Assembly: GCA_000934665.2 (NCBI GenBank) | Contig: KZ538251.1 | Location: forward strand, 1 to 64,000 | Reading direction: 5' to 3' | From: Catajapyx aquilonaris | Taxonomy: Eukaryota | DNA length: 64,000 nt | Shown here: piece after piece, positions 53,601 through 64,000 of the stretch | Layout of the letters: each line of letters begins with the position of its first letter | Position numbering within the stretch: position 1 is the stretch's first letter | The notes under the pieces: model-generated | Seen by the model: only the letters and a program-made list of their open reading frames with translations | Databases searched by the model: none | Told to the model about the DNA's origin: nothing | Made by a program: the position numbers and the translations under genes

Positions 53601-55836
53601 TCCCCAAGTTTTGCGACAGGGTGTACAGGGCTCGATATTGGATGGGTCGAAATTAAATTAAAACTCGTGGAACTACAGTCCTTTTCTTACTAGTCCTGAA
53701 GATCCAATATCGCACAAGCGTAAACTTTCTAAAAAGGCGGCACCCCCCTGGAGTGTGGCTTACGTGTTGCTTCGATTTACTGGAATATCCGTATAATTGA
53801 AGCCGCTGCCTCCAGAGCGGAAGTCTCCCTGGAGAAGATACATTGCAGAGGTGCGACTATGAATATCATAAAAGGTGGCACTTGTGCCAAAAGAAGGGGA
53901 GGGGGATATTTTCTGGAGAATATTACTAACAATTTTTCAAAGCTATAACAACTAACTTATATGAAGAAAAATACGTTATGAATTCTACTGATGACGGGTT
54001 CAGTTAACTAATATTGTATGGTGCTACTTTTTGTTTAATCTCTCACAGTACAGTAAAAAAAGCAACATATGTTCCGAAATTCCCCTACTGCTTTTTTGTC
54101 TCCCTGTAAAATTTTCCCGGTAGGACTTAGACGGTTCTCATTTTCCATAGCACAATTCCATCGCGGGTTCTAACCCCCCTCAACTTTTTGGCCGAAGACC
54201 AGAAAAAGCGCTGGCTATCCAAACGTTTGTTGGAGGCAATTTGGAATTCGCCCCAACCGCTCCCAATTGACTGCTGAGGCCCACACGTAATTTCAAAACT
54301 TTGCTCAACAATCACGACTGCACCTCCCCCCGTTCATATCGACAGTTTTGGGTCGGAAAGTAACCACGCCCAATGACAGAGGCGAACTGCATTATGACTA
54401 TGGAATCATAAACTGCGCCCTTCTTTTCCCCCCATTGCGGTATCGGATTTTCATACACAAGTATTGGCGGTGGAAGTTTTTGCGGGGAACCAGGAAACTC
54501 CCCTGTGCTCCAGTCCATTCCTCTTATCGGCAATGCATCCGGTTCGTCGTTCCGGAATGCAAAAGGCGTGCAAATTGATTTCACCGCACCTAGCCATGCG
54601 TCTTGCTCGCCACCCATGCGGCAAGGGATGCCTTGGACACAGGTAGCCGGGCCCCAAAAATAGGTCAGATACCCCCGAAAATCCCGAATTTGGTCTTGTA
54701 ATAGCTATACGATATTTCAATACTATCGATATATATCGATATATCAATTTAATTAATTTCTCTGTTTCAATGTTTGTTTCGGGGGGGGGGGGGGATGTAC
54801 TGCATATTTGTACGAAATAATTTGCAACATTGTATCTATATATTTGTACAATAACAATTTGCGATTTGGGCAAGTTTTTAAAAGTTCCAGGTGAGAGGTA
54901 TGTACCTGAAGGGCATCAACCCTCACCAGCTTCACCTGTCAAACCGTCAGAAGGGGGTGTTCCAAAAAAAAGGCACCATCACGAGGCTGGACCCCCCCTT
55001 CATAAATTTTCATCACACTATGTAGTGTTCCAGGTGAAAGGTGTAGGTGGAGGTGGCGAAGGGAAATGAATACTCCCAGACGTCTGTGCCTAGTGTTTCT
55101 GGGCTAGATGAGCACTAAAACAACGTCCGAGGATGGTTGTTCCTCCAGCCTGGTTTTGTTTGTGAAGAGTGCCGAAGCATAAATTATTCACATTCCCATC
55201 ATGACTGAAAGCGTCTGAGGCTGCACTTACCGGAATTGGCTGCAGGCACAACAACCTAAGTGCCTTAATTATTTCCTGTTTCGTAATAATTTATCGGTTT
55301 ATAAATTCGGGCGCTTGCAGCCTCCTTATTAGGTTACTGTATGCGCACGTCATTAGCGTAACTGTTCCACTAGTCATCAATGTGAATTTGGTAAATGAGT
55401 GCTGCAAAGCTGCTGGATGCTCTATTACCAGTTTATGGTTTATTTAAAATCATCTTCAGCCAACAGTTTACGGTTCACTATTTATGTGGAGGATGTTGGT
55501 CACAGTGTCTTGAGATTTGGATTATCCGCTTCCTTTACTGTAGACGTCCTGTTGCTGCCAGGTTAGTTCATCCTTAAAGATGTCAGGGCTTGTCCTTTTG
55601 TAAGTTCGAGAAGCTGCGACAATGTTTTAGCAAATTGGGTGCCCTGATTTGGACTTTTAGCAAATTGAGGTCCACAAAAGTGTAATAGAAGGGTTGTCCA
55701 TAAAGAAACCTTTTATTCGTCACGGCATAGGATTGTCAATACAGTATACAGTATTTCTGGAACATTTTTTGGGGAACAGCGACATGTTTTGCTGAAGACG
55801 TTCTGACGGATACTATACCGGCCAAATATTACTGCG

Positions 55837-55973
55837 TACATTTTTTTATGTCCTGTCTCGGCCCATGCACAAAGTAGGTTTTCAAAATAATATTAGGACG
55901 ATAGACTATCGTCCTAATATTATTTTGAAAACCTACTTTGTGCATGGGCCGAGACAGGACATAAAAAAATGTA
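55837..55973. repeat. Perfect 137-bp palindrome (68-bp arms, single A at 55905), TA-bounded; probable fold-back MITE
   Basis: TACATTTTTTTATGTCCTGTCTCGGCCCATGCACAAAGTAGGTTTTCAAAATAATATTAGGACGATAG-A-exact reverse complement; symmetry stops just outside the terminal TA dinucleotides. Confidence 0.95.
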
Positions 55974-57115
55974 TCTACCTGTGGCAGATGAAAGTGGCAA
56001 GTGGCTGGCATCATTTTCCTCAAGAATGTTTATATCCAAATATGGCTTCTATAGAAACGCGCCTGCGCCATCGCCACACTTTCCCTGTTTCTTCCGGGCT
56101 GAGGGCAGAAACTCCCCTGATGATAAAGGATTTGGCCGTGATCTAATCCGTACGTTCCATCCCCATGGCGCGTGTTTACAAAACACCATCCCCGTCCCGA
56201 AAGTTTCACGCCTTTCAGTGCAATTAATAGCAACGATGTTCTTCATCACCGGCCTTTTCTCCCCTCCTAGTTTCCTTTTTTCCAGCACTTTGATTAGTCC
56301 TCGCTTGACAGTAATGGAACTTGATAATGGTAAACAGTGAGGGATTGGCATGATATAATGGTGGACAGCACGCTGACGTTTGTCAGAAGGAATTACCAGC
56401 TCCCCCCACTGTGTATACCATAGGGGCTTGTCCTTCAGTGTCTGAAAGGGGTTCCGGATCAGCTCTCATGTATGGTGACACATATTCTGTCACTGACCTG
56501 CCTTTTTTGTCTCTGATGTTGGTTGTTGTGGTATGATAAGAACAAACAAAACGCGCTAGACAGAGACAAACCCTCGTAATTGAATGGGCTGGAATCACGT
56601 GTCTTCTCTCTTTGTCTCTTTCATTCCTTTTTATCTCTGCGTGTTTCGTTTGGTTTTTTTTGTCGTATGTCGTGTATCGCGCACGCCCTAGTCTTTGTGT
56701 TGGCTGCCCAGTAGCGAGATCTGGTGTGCTAGACAGGTAAGAGCCGGATCTTCAACCCCTGAGGATTGTTCATATCTCCAGGTAGAATCGGTAGTACCCA
56801 CATCACACCGGTGATGGGCTAATTCGGGCTGCACAAGGCAAACACATTTAGGATTCTAGCCCCCGATAATCGATATGTTGCTAGGGGAGAAGGAGTTCAG
56901 GGGAGGGTTGGAGGTGAGGATGGAGGGGGTTGTTTTCACGGACGGACGTGTGAGATCACGTGAGAGAATCATTAAGGAAAGCTTCACGAAGCGGGTTTGT
57001 GTTTTGACACTGACGCACTACATAAAAGATGACGAGGAGGGAGTAATTTAATTACTTGTTATTGGACTTTTTTTGTGTGTCGTGGTCGACGGCCGGAACA
57101 TTTTTGCGCTTACAA

Positions 57116-57229
57116 CGGGGTGAGTCAAAATGTATGGCGTTTTACGGCCTATACGTGCTTGGGCTGGTAATGGGGAGTGAAAGGGCACACATGCGGCATT
57201 CACTCGTCTAATCGTTTTGACTGACCCGG
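57116..57229. mobile_element. Small degenerate Tc1/mariner-type MITE
   Basis: Left AACGGGGTGAGTCAAAA vs right reverse complement TACCGGGTCAGTCAAAA (14/17); TA intact only on the right. Confidence 0.4.
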
Positions 57230-58178
57230 TAGTATCGGTCTATACTGGTATGAGGTAATAAATCGTCACAACCTTCCCACTCACATTCTTTCATAAGCAG
57301 GTCTCCTTTTTGACTGATGGAATATGAAATGATACTGAATCGAAGCGGATAAATCGAATTCATTTTTCCGCGAAAAGATTCTCCCACTTTTCGTCTCGGA
57401 GAGCATACCAAGTGAGCAGGAGCGGCGAAGATACGGATGCTCAGACCCAAGTCGTTGTCATGCAGAAGCTTAACCCTTCCTGAGCCCTATCCCTTCCCCT
57501 TCCTACTATACCTAATAAATAATGTTACGGGCCTGTGTTGCGAATCCCCCTTCGTTTTTCTCTTTTCAAGGAGATTTCCAGGAGCGCGGTTTCTCAAAAG
57601 CAACCGCGCTGTTATTTCCCGAGGCTTTGGTATCAAGTATTTTCCTTAAAGGTACAACGCCCTGCTGGTTAAAAAAGGATAGCGGTGAGTACGGATCGAG
57701 AAGCAAGAAGTTCTCCATCCACGCCAGTCTCTAAGAACAATAACTCCACATCCCCAAAATTCCCTTCCGTCGTATACCTCCACAAAGATGGATGTGATGG
57801 AAAGCAACGGGTCGCTGGGGTCTATTCCGTCACAAGGGTCATTACGCAAGATGGGGAGGAATGGACTCCCAGCCGTGGAAGAATATGAAGTTCAATATTT
57901 ATGCGTTTCCTTCCTGGTTTCCAGCCCAGATGCTGCTTCTCCAGAGCGAGTTTGCTCAGAGGGTTTCCCAGTGGAATCCTCAAGTGCACTCCGTATGTTT
58001 GGAGAGAACGCCAGTTCTAGCCTTTTTGCGGTCCATTGACATTTTAGTCAAGACCTGATTTCAGTTGGTCAGGTCCAAGCGTGCACGTTTTCCAATAATA
58101 ATTTTTTGGTTCCGCAAGCAAAACAAATCCATACCTCCGCATTTGTTTTGGTACACGTTCAACAAAAAATGCCATCAG

Positions 58179-58305
58179 AGGTTAGCCGATATTTATTTGC
58201 CGAAAACAGAGGTGTGAAAACCTACAATGTGTGCTGATGTGGTTGACGCACACATTATGTAGGCTTTCACACCTTTGTTTTCTGCAAATAAATATCGGCT
58301 AACCT
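58179..58305. repeat. Imperfect long hairpin, about 56-bp stem and short loop
   Basis: AGGTTAGCCGATATTTATTTGC-C-GAAAACA-G-AGGTGTGAAA-A-CCTACA-ATGTGTGC pairs with GCACACATTATGTAGGCTTTCACACCTTTGTTTTCTGCAAATAAATATCGGCTAACCT; three substitutions and one 2-nt bulge. Confidence 0.9.
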
Positions 58306-61300
58306 GGCTTAAAGTCAATATTTAATTCAGTGATAGTTGGGAAAACAATATGTTTACTAAAAATAATAACACAGTGCTTTCGCCTTGTGTCTATAGTCAG
58401 TAAAATTCTTTTAGAAAAAAATATCGCCATTGGAGAGAACTTCTTTTGGAATATTCTTCTCCCTCTCCGATCCAAATCGATACTCTTGACGACCAGAAAA
58501 CACTGAAGGTAAACTGACTGGACAGCTCTGTATGCGTACTCAAAATGTGATTTTGCACAAGCAAGCCAGTTCCAGCTGGAGTAACATCTGGATAATAATC
58601 CAGCCAAGTTTCGTCTGCTCTTTTGTAACTGTCCTTTTTTCCCCCTTTCCTCCTCCTTGTCTCTCCGGAGGCCCACCCGAATAGAATCGCAATCGTCAGA
58701 CGCCCCCCTTTTCCATTGAGCTTGATTGCCTCTGAAAGCGTAGGTAGCAGGAGAGCCAAGCACGTGCTTTTCCAACGTGGAATGCAAATACTCTTAAGTT
58801 CGCATATGCCAACTTGCTCCGAGTCTTCGGCAGCAGCAGAGCCTGACAGGACAAGCGCTGTTTTCCCCACTCGAGCAGCACACTTTACCTGGCCTGTTCC
58901 TATTTACATGGTGCAATTATGCTACCAATGGTGTCCAGGCCGCGTCCGGTGTTCCGCCACCCTCAGACTCGACTTTTGCGAATGTTGGGCTTACAAATGA
59001 TTACGGCTCCATATACGTTCCAGGCGCTGCAAATGGACCTCTGTTGAGCAACCCTAGTCCTAATCCTTCACGGGCAGAAATGGTACAGTGAAATGAAAAC
59101 GCCGTTTGGAGCCCATTACCCGGGCATCCGACGGTTTTCCTTGCTCTGCTGACTGGGAGCTTTCTCGCTGATAAAGCACAGCGTTGTAAGAAGTTGCAAA
59201 CACCATTTACACACTAGAGAAACGAGTTGTTCAGTAGAAGAAAAGGAGAGACGTACAAGGAAAGGGGGGAAGAAAAGACCTAGGTTTTTTTTTCTTCTTC
59301 TTTATTTCCAAGCATCATTTTCCCATGAGACATGGCAGCGATTTAAGGAATGGGTTCCTACACTTCTTTCTTTTACGCGCTCTTTTCTTCATCAGAACTT
59401 TTTGGGGGGTGAAAATTAGTGTCATCTCCGACAGCTGTAGTTGAAAGTGAAAATACGGATCCAACGGAGTTAGTACAGCATTGAAAATACAGATCGTTTC
59501 GATGTTCGTCCTATATACATGAACAATACCTCAGCTCTGATACTGCATCTCTAGAATACAAAATTCCACTTGAGTTACGAGTCTTCTTCTAAAATCATCG
59601 ATTGCATTCCGGCATCAAACGCAACCAAAATTTAATATATACATTACATGTATCTAATCCAGAAAATTCAATGATCCATTTTGGTGTCGACAGAAAAAGG
59701 CTTGCAATTGTTCCTCTCCGGCTTTCCTTTTATGACGACATCCGTAGCGTTAGGGAATTGATTCGTCTACAAAAGTCCGGGTGGAAAAGGAGCGAAAAAA
59801 ATATACAGTCGTTTTAGAGTAGCTGGAGAAATAGCAGCAGTGGCGGAGGACCTGAAAAAAAAAGTGGGGGCAGGAGGAGTAGGGTGGGGGAGTAGAGAAG
59901 AAGCGAACTCGTGGGTGAAGGAAGCTTTGTGCCGAGCAAGGTAATGCGCAAAATGAGATTATCCCATGCGGCATCCAGGCGAAACGACCCTTGCTTACAT
60001 TGTTCCCCAGGAAACAGATGCGGGCTTGGAACATCATGGGAACCAACCGGACTGCAGCCAAGCCCTCCCATGTTTTTTTGTGTGTCTCTCCAGCCGTAGC
60101 CCCCAGCCTTTTCCTCCCCCTTTCCCGCCCCCTCCTTTGGGCCCTGACTGTCAGCAATGTCAACTTATATAGCATTACTACAAATCCGGTGAAACATCTG
60201 AATCAAATTCATGAGGGTGGTTCAATATTGCTTTGCGACGTTGTGGATATTTCTTGGGGGAAGAAATGAGCCAAAATGTGTGTAGATAGTAAATTTTGAT
60301 CATACATAAATCGTGGGCATAGTAAAGAAACACACAAAGTTCAAGAACCAGCTTTGAGATGATTCAATTGGCCTTGCATTTGCTTACATGCTAGTGAATA
60401 CAGAAAATTATGTCTTGCTGGCTGGACTTTACCAGGCGATTGAGCCATAAATAACTCAAAACCGATAAAATTGGACATCGAATTTATTTTGTATGCCGTC
60501 GAAATAAAACTGCAAATTCTTACCTCCTAGTTGGTATACTTCGCGTTGAGCATATTGTTGCACGTTGTCTACATACCCAGGATACGATCCGCTACCATCA
60601 TATTATCCGAGTCAGTTTTGCAGCTTCCAAGATAGTTTGAAAAGCAAAGATTGTCATAATTGCCTTCTGCTGAAGAACCTGTGATGACCAATTGGTAAAA
60701 TTAAAGTCTTATGCGGAAGTTATTCAGATTCTCTCACGATATCCGGCAATTCCTCAACGTTTATTGCACACTTGCCTCCTTTGCAACGGCCCCTAGATAA
60801 ACGACGAAGTTTTACAATAGTCATAAAACAAGAGCCTCGTTTCGTGTAATGGCCCTAAGTATTAACAAGGGACTCCTGTATCAAGTGTAATCTTCACGAG
60901 GCATTCTGCTGTTTCGTGCTCGTTTCAAGTTTCTGATATCCAGCCCTGGACCGCTTCTTCCTCGCTTTCCTTCACGTTCGGTCCACGCCCCAAGGAAAAG
61001 GCTATTCCTTGCATTTTATTTATTTGGATTTCGAGCACTATTCCATATTCGGTTGACAGTTCGGACCAAAGGTACACCGGAAGGCATAAATCGAGCCTTT
61101 GCTATTTTTTTTTTACAGCATCGTTTTGGATGTGGCAAATATTGCGTTTGTGGTCCATTATGTAGCTTGGAGGGTGTGAAATATTACCGGAAGCCTAAGG
61201 GTGAAATTCGGCACACTTTGGTTAACAGGGAATGGGAGTGTTAAAATGTTGACAGTATGTTTCGGCTGGAGAAATTACGAGCCTGTCCTCCACGTTTGAA

Positions 61301-63871
61301 TGCGTATAATGCTCATTTTGTACTCGGCCCAGGATTTGAGAACAATGCTAAATTTTTTAGAATGCTACTAAATCTCCGCGTTCATCGCCACCTTCAATAA
61401 CTTTGTTCTCCACCTTTATTGCAAAATCGATGGACGGGTCAGAAAATGAAAGTGGGAGAAGCGTAGACCTGGGCGAACACTTTTCATACCCCGCCGCACT
61501 CACCCGGTTCCAATATATTTTTTTAAAAAAAATAATTTCTCACATTTCTTCCAGATACCTTCCAATAAAAGTAAACCGTCTTCGATTTGCGCACAGGTGA
61601 ATTTGCTTAATGCATTTCATAACTCACGTCAATTCAGAAACCTCCTGCTCTTCACGCCACGTTACAGTTCCAAGTGACTTGAAGCTCAAAAAATGTAGGC
61701 AGTGTGCGCTGTAGAAATTAGGCATGTACGCCTCGTATGCAGTGCATTAGTGCAGAATACCTGTGCTACTGTGTCCCCAGCACGCAACATTTAATCCATT
61801 TCCTTTTACCTCTCCCCCTATCCCTCCCCAGCCGCTGTTCTACACTTAGAAAATGAATTGCTTGTATCGTTGAACCAGCTGCCTCTATCTGCTTCCCCCG
61901 GAACGCATGATAATTCTGAATAATGTGCTCATAGACGTGAACAATGGTAGAATGGAGGGTGGATAAAAAAAGTAGCTCCGACGCAACCTAAATGCGCTAT
62001 ACCCGCTACCAATATTGTGCAGATATCAAAAGTAGGGTACGTCATAAAGCAGATGAAGTGAATTTAGTCCCCGTCGGCCATTTTTATGCGATGCCCCCAC
62101 TGGGATTTCTGCATGTTCCCCGTGTAACTACATTTCGTTCCGGAACCCCCCTGAAAAAAAGAGGGGGGTGGATGTGCATGTATTGCATGTAATCCTGTAC
62201 CCGGCTTGCTTGTGTGTGTAACGCCTCACTCTGGCCCGACCAGATAACGGCGTTGCTCACTCGGCTGCCTGTCCGCAAACTCTGTGCACACACATCACGA
62301 GCTTGAAATTATCGCGTATTGATAGGAACTGTTGGGTTTTAAATCACGCCTGAATGATGGGTTTCAACAGTAAGCAGTCACACTACCTGATAGTTTTTCA
62401 AAAAATGCTCGGGGGGTCACCACCACTCACGGGTTACCCATGCGGGTCATGACATGTAATTGGGCCCTGAATAGTGAAACTCGCTTTACGGTGGAGTAGC
62501 CTGTGTAGTGGAACTGTATAGGACACGGACCGTGCGTGTACTCCAGTGACTATAGTAAATGACTGTGTAGTACCGGACTAGCTCAAATTTGAATGTACCA
62601 CGTGGAGTGTTGTGTCGTTATAAGGCTGGGCACAGGCAAGGGTCGTTGTGGTTGGGATTCACCGCCAGTCCTTCTCGTTGCAACATCCAAACACATATCG
62701 TTCTGATCCAGGCGGGCACATATGATCCAGCAGACGAATCACCTGTAAATATATTAATATATAAATAGTATAACAATCCTATACCTTTGATCAATATTCC
62801 AGAGCAGGTATACCGATGTTGTTGCATGATTCACTGGCCATTAGATCGACAAGGCTTGTAACGACTATGGCGAAACAAGTGGGTTTCCCGCCATGATTTT
62901 AATAATAGAAATGCATGATTAATTATTAATAATGAATCCCAGTTGGTACCGTAGCTGGGATTTTAATTACATACAGCAGGCTGGTGGTGGGAACTGCTTC
63001 CGAAAGGCTGACCCAGGCCAACAATTTTTTCTCCCTCATGACAGCATGAATAGCCGGCGCTTTAAATACATTGGAAATTACTCAAACGCGGCATTGTGCT
63101 GGCATGCTGATAAACATGGAGCGTGAATTACATGAGGCCCTGGCTTCCCATGCCCGATGATTAAGATAATTTTGGGCTCCACGCCGCGACAGATTTATGA
63201 TCGACTTGGACGCACGGCGAAGGACATTTTTATATTGTTTCATGCTTCCCAATAATAAATTCCAACTCGCGTTTCCCTACCCGTGTAGCTTATCGCGGTA
63301 CAGGTCTCAAACGTGTGTGCAGATTAGGGCTACACTATGAAATGAAGTTAGTACAGGGGCGATATCTGCACCGGGGATACGATTTTTGGACTATAAAAAG
63401 AATGGCCTGGTGGCGAGAGTCAAGCAAACCGGGGCCGTCCTCAAGTCCCCATAAATTGCGCTAATTACTGGCCCCAGCGCTTTGCCTTAAGAGTGACATC
63501 AGATTAGATAAACTGGCTTAGTAGTATTGCACCGCAATCATGTACTCGATGAATAAATCATGAAATTACCGTCAGTGACGGCTGAAGAGCCAGGAATTTC
63601 CTTTCATATTACCAGATACGGAGCTTGAGCCTCCCCCCATATCGATTCGGATATGTGAACACCCTGACAATGGAACCAGGGGGGGATAAATTAATTTCGC
63701 TCGTAGTAGCTCGTATCAGACACGCCTTGTAGGACAAAAAGGAAATCGACCGTTCCCTTACGATAATGTGACACTAACATGATACTGCCTACACTGGGAA
63801 CTCAAAAATCTGCCTACTCACTCATCCTTACCCCCTATTTCATCACATACACTCGCCAGTACACCCAGGTT

Positions 63872-63947
63872 TATCCTGAAAGGTAGGCCACCCGCACCAC
63901 GTGGCAGTCTCTTACCCACTTATCAAGGTCGCCTACCTTTCAGGATA
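63872..63947. repeat. Inverted repeat, 21-bp arms (20/21), 34-nt spacer
   Basis: TATCCTGAAAGGTAGGCCACC (63872-63892) and GGTCGCCTACCTTTCAGGATA (63927-63947); outer CAGG/CCTG extends the stem imperfectly. Confidence 0.85.
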
Positions 63948-64000
63948 TCCTGTGGCTCCGATGTATCCGGTGGCTGTATCCTAGCATTATTACACGTCAT

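Noticed and set aside
55829..56146. Opposite-strand ORFs sharing MHKVGFQNNIRTI.YRPNIILKTYFVHGPRQDIKKC
   Set aside because: A consequence of the DNA palindrome, not duplicated genes; the same applies to the ORF pair at 50051-50308 and 50377-50706, which read the two MITE arms
1..64000. Prokaryotic or phage system (defence island, operon, retron, CRISPR)
   Set aside because: Negligible coding density, no RBS-led ORF runs, and abundant SINEs, MITEs and microsatellites indicate eukaryotic non-coding DNA

Overview
This window looks like non-coding animal DNA, not a prokaryotic locus: most likely a large intron or intergenic stretch of an invertebrate draft assembly. An arthropod source is an inference from the SINE and MITE types. 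None of the supplied ORFs resembles a protein family I recognise. I see no operon structure, rRNA, intact tRNA, CRISPR array or intact transposase/reverse-transcriptase ORF. What the sequence does support is a layered set of non-autonomous mobile elements: TA-flanked Tc1/mariner-type MITEs (953-1164, 50189-50652 and degenerate copies), a hAT-type MITE with a 7/8 target-site duplication (43835-44413), and tRNA-headed SINEs of apparently three kinds (22295, 32218-32554, 42063-42342, plus a remnant at about 15.4 kb). It also carries microsatellites, many poly-G/C tracts that coincide with the N gaps, and several fold-back elements. The most unusual signals are fully self-complementary TA-bounded palindromes with a 1-nt centre (55837-55973, perfect; 11629-11737, near-perfect), an apparent decayed relative of the first at 8535-8615, and a roughly 27-bp motif shared between otherwise different elements 49 kb apart. 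I found no evidence for a new protein-based system. All alignments were done by eye, so coordinates of degenerate elements are approximate.
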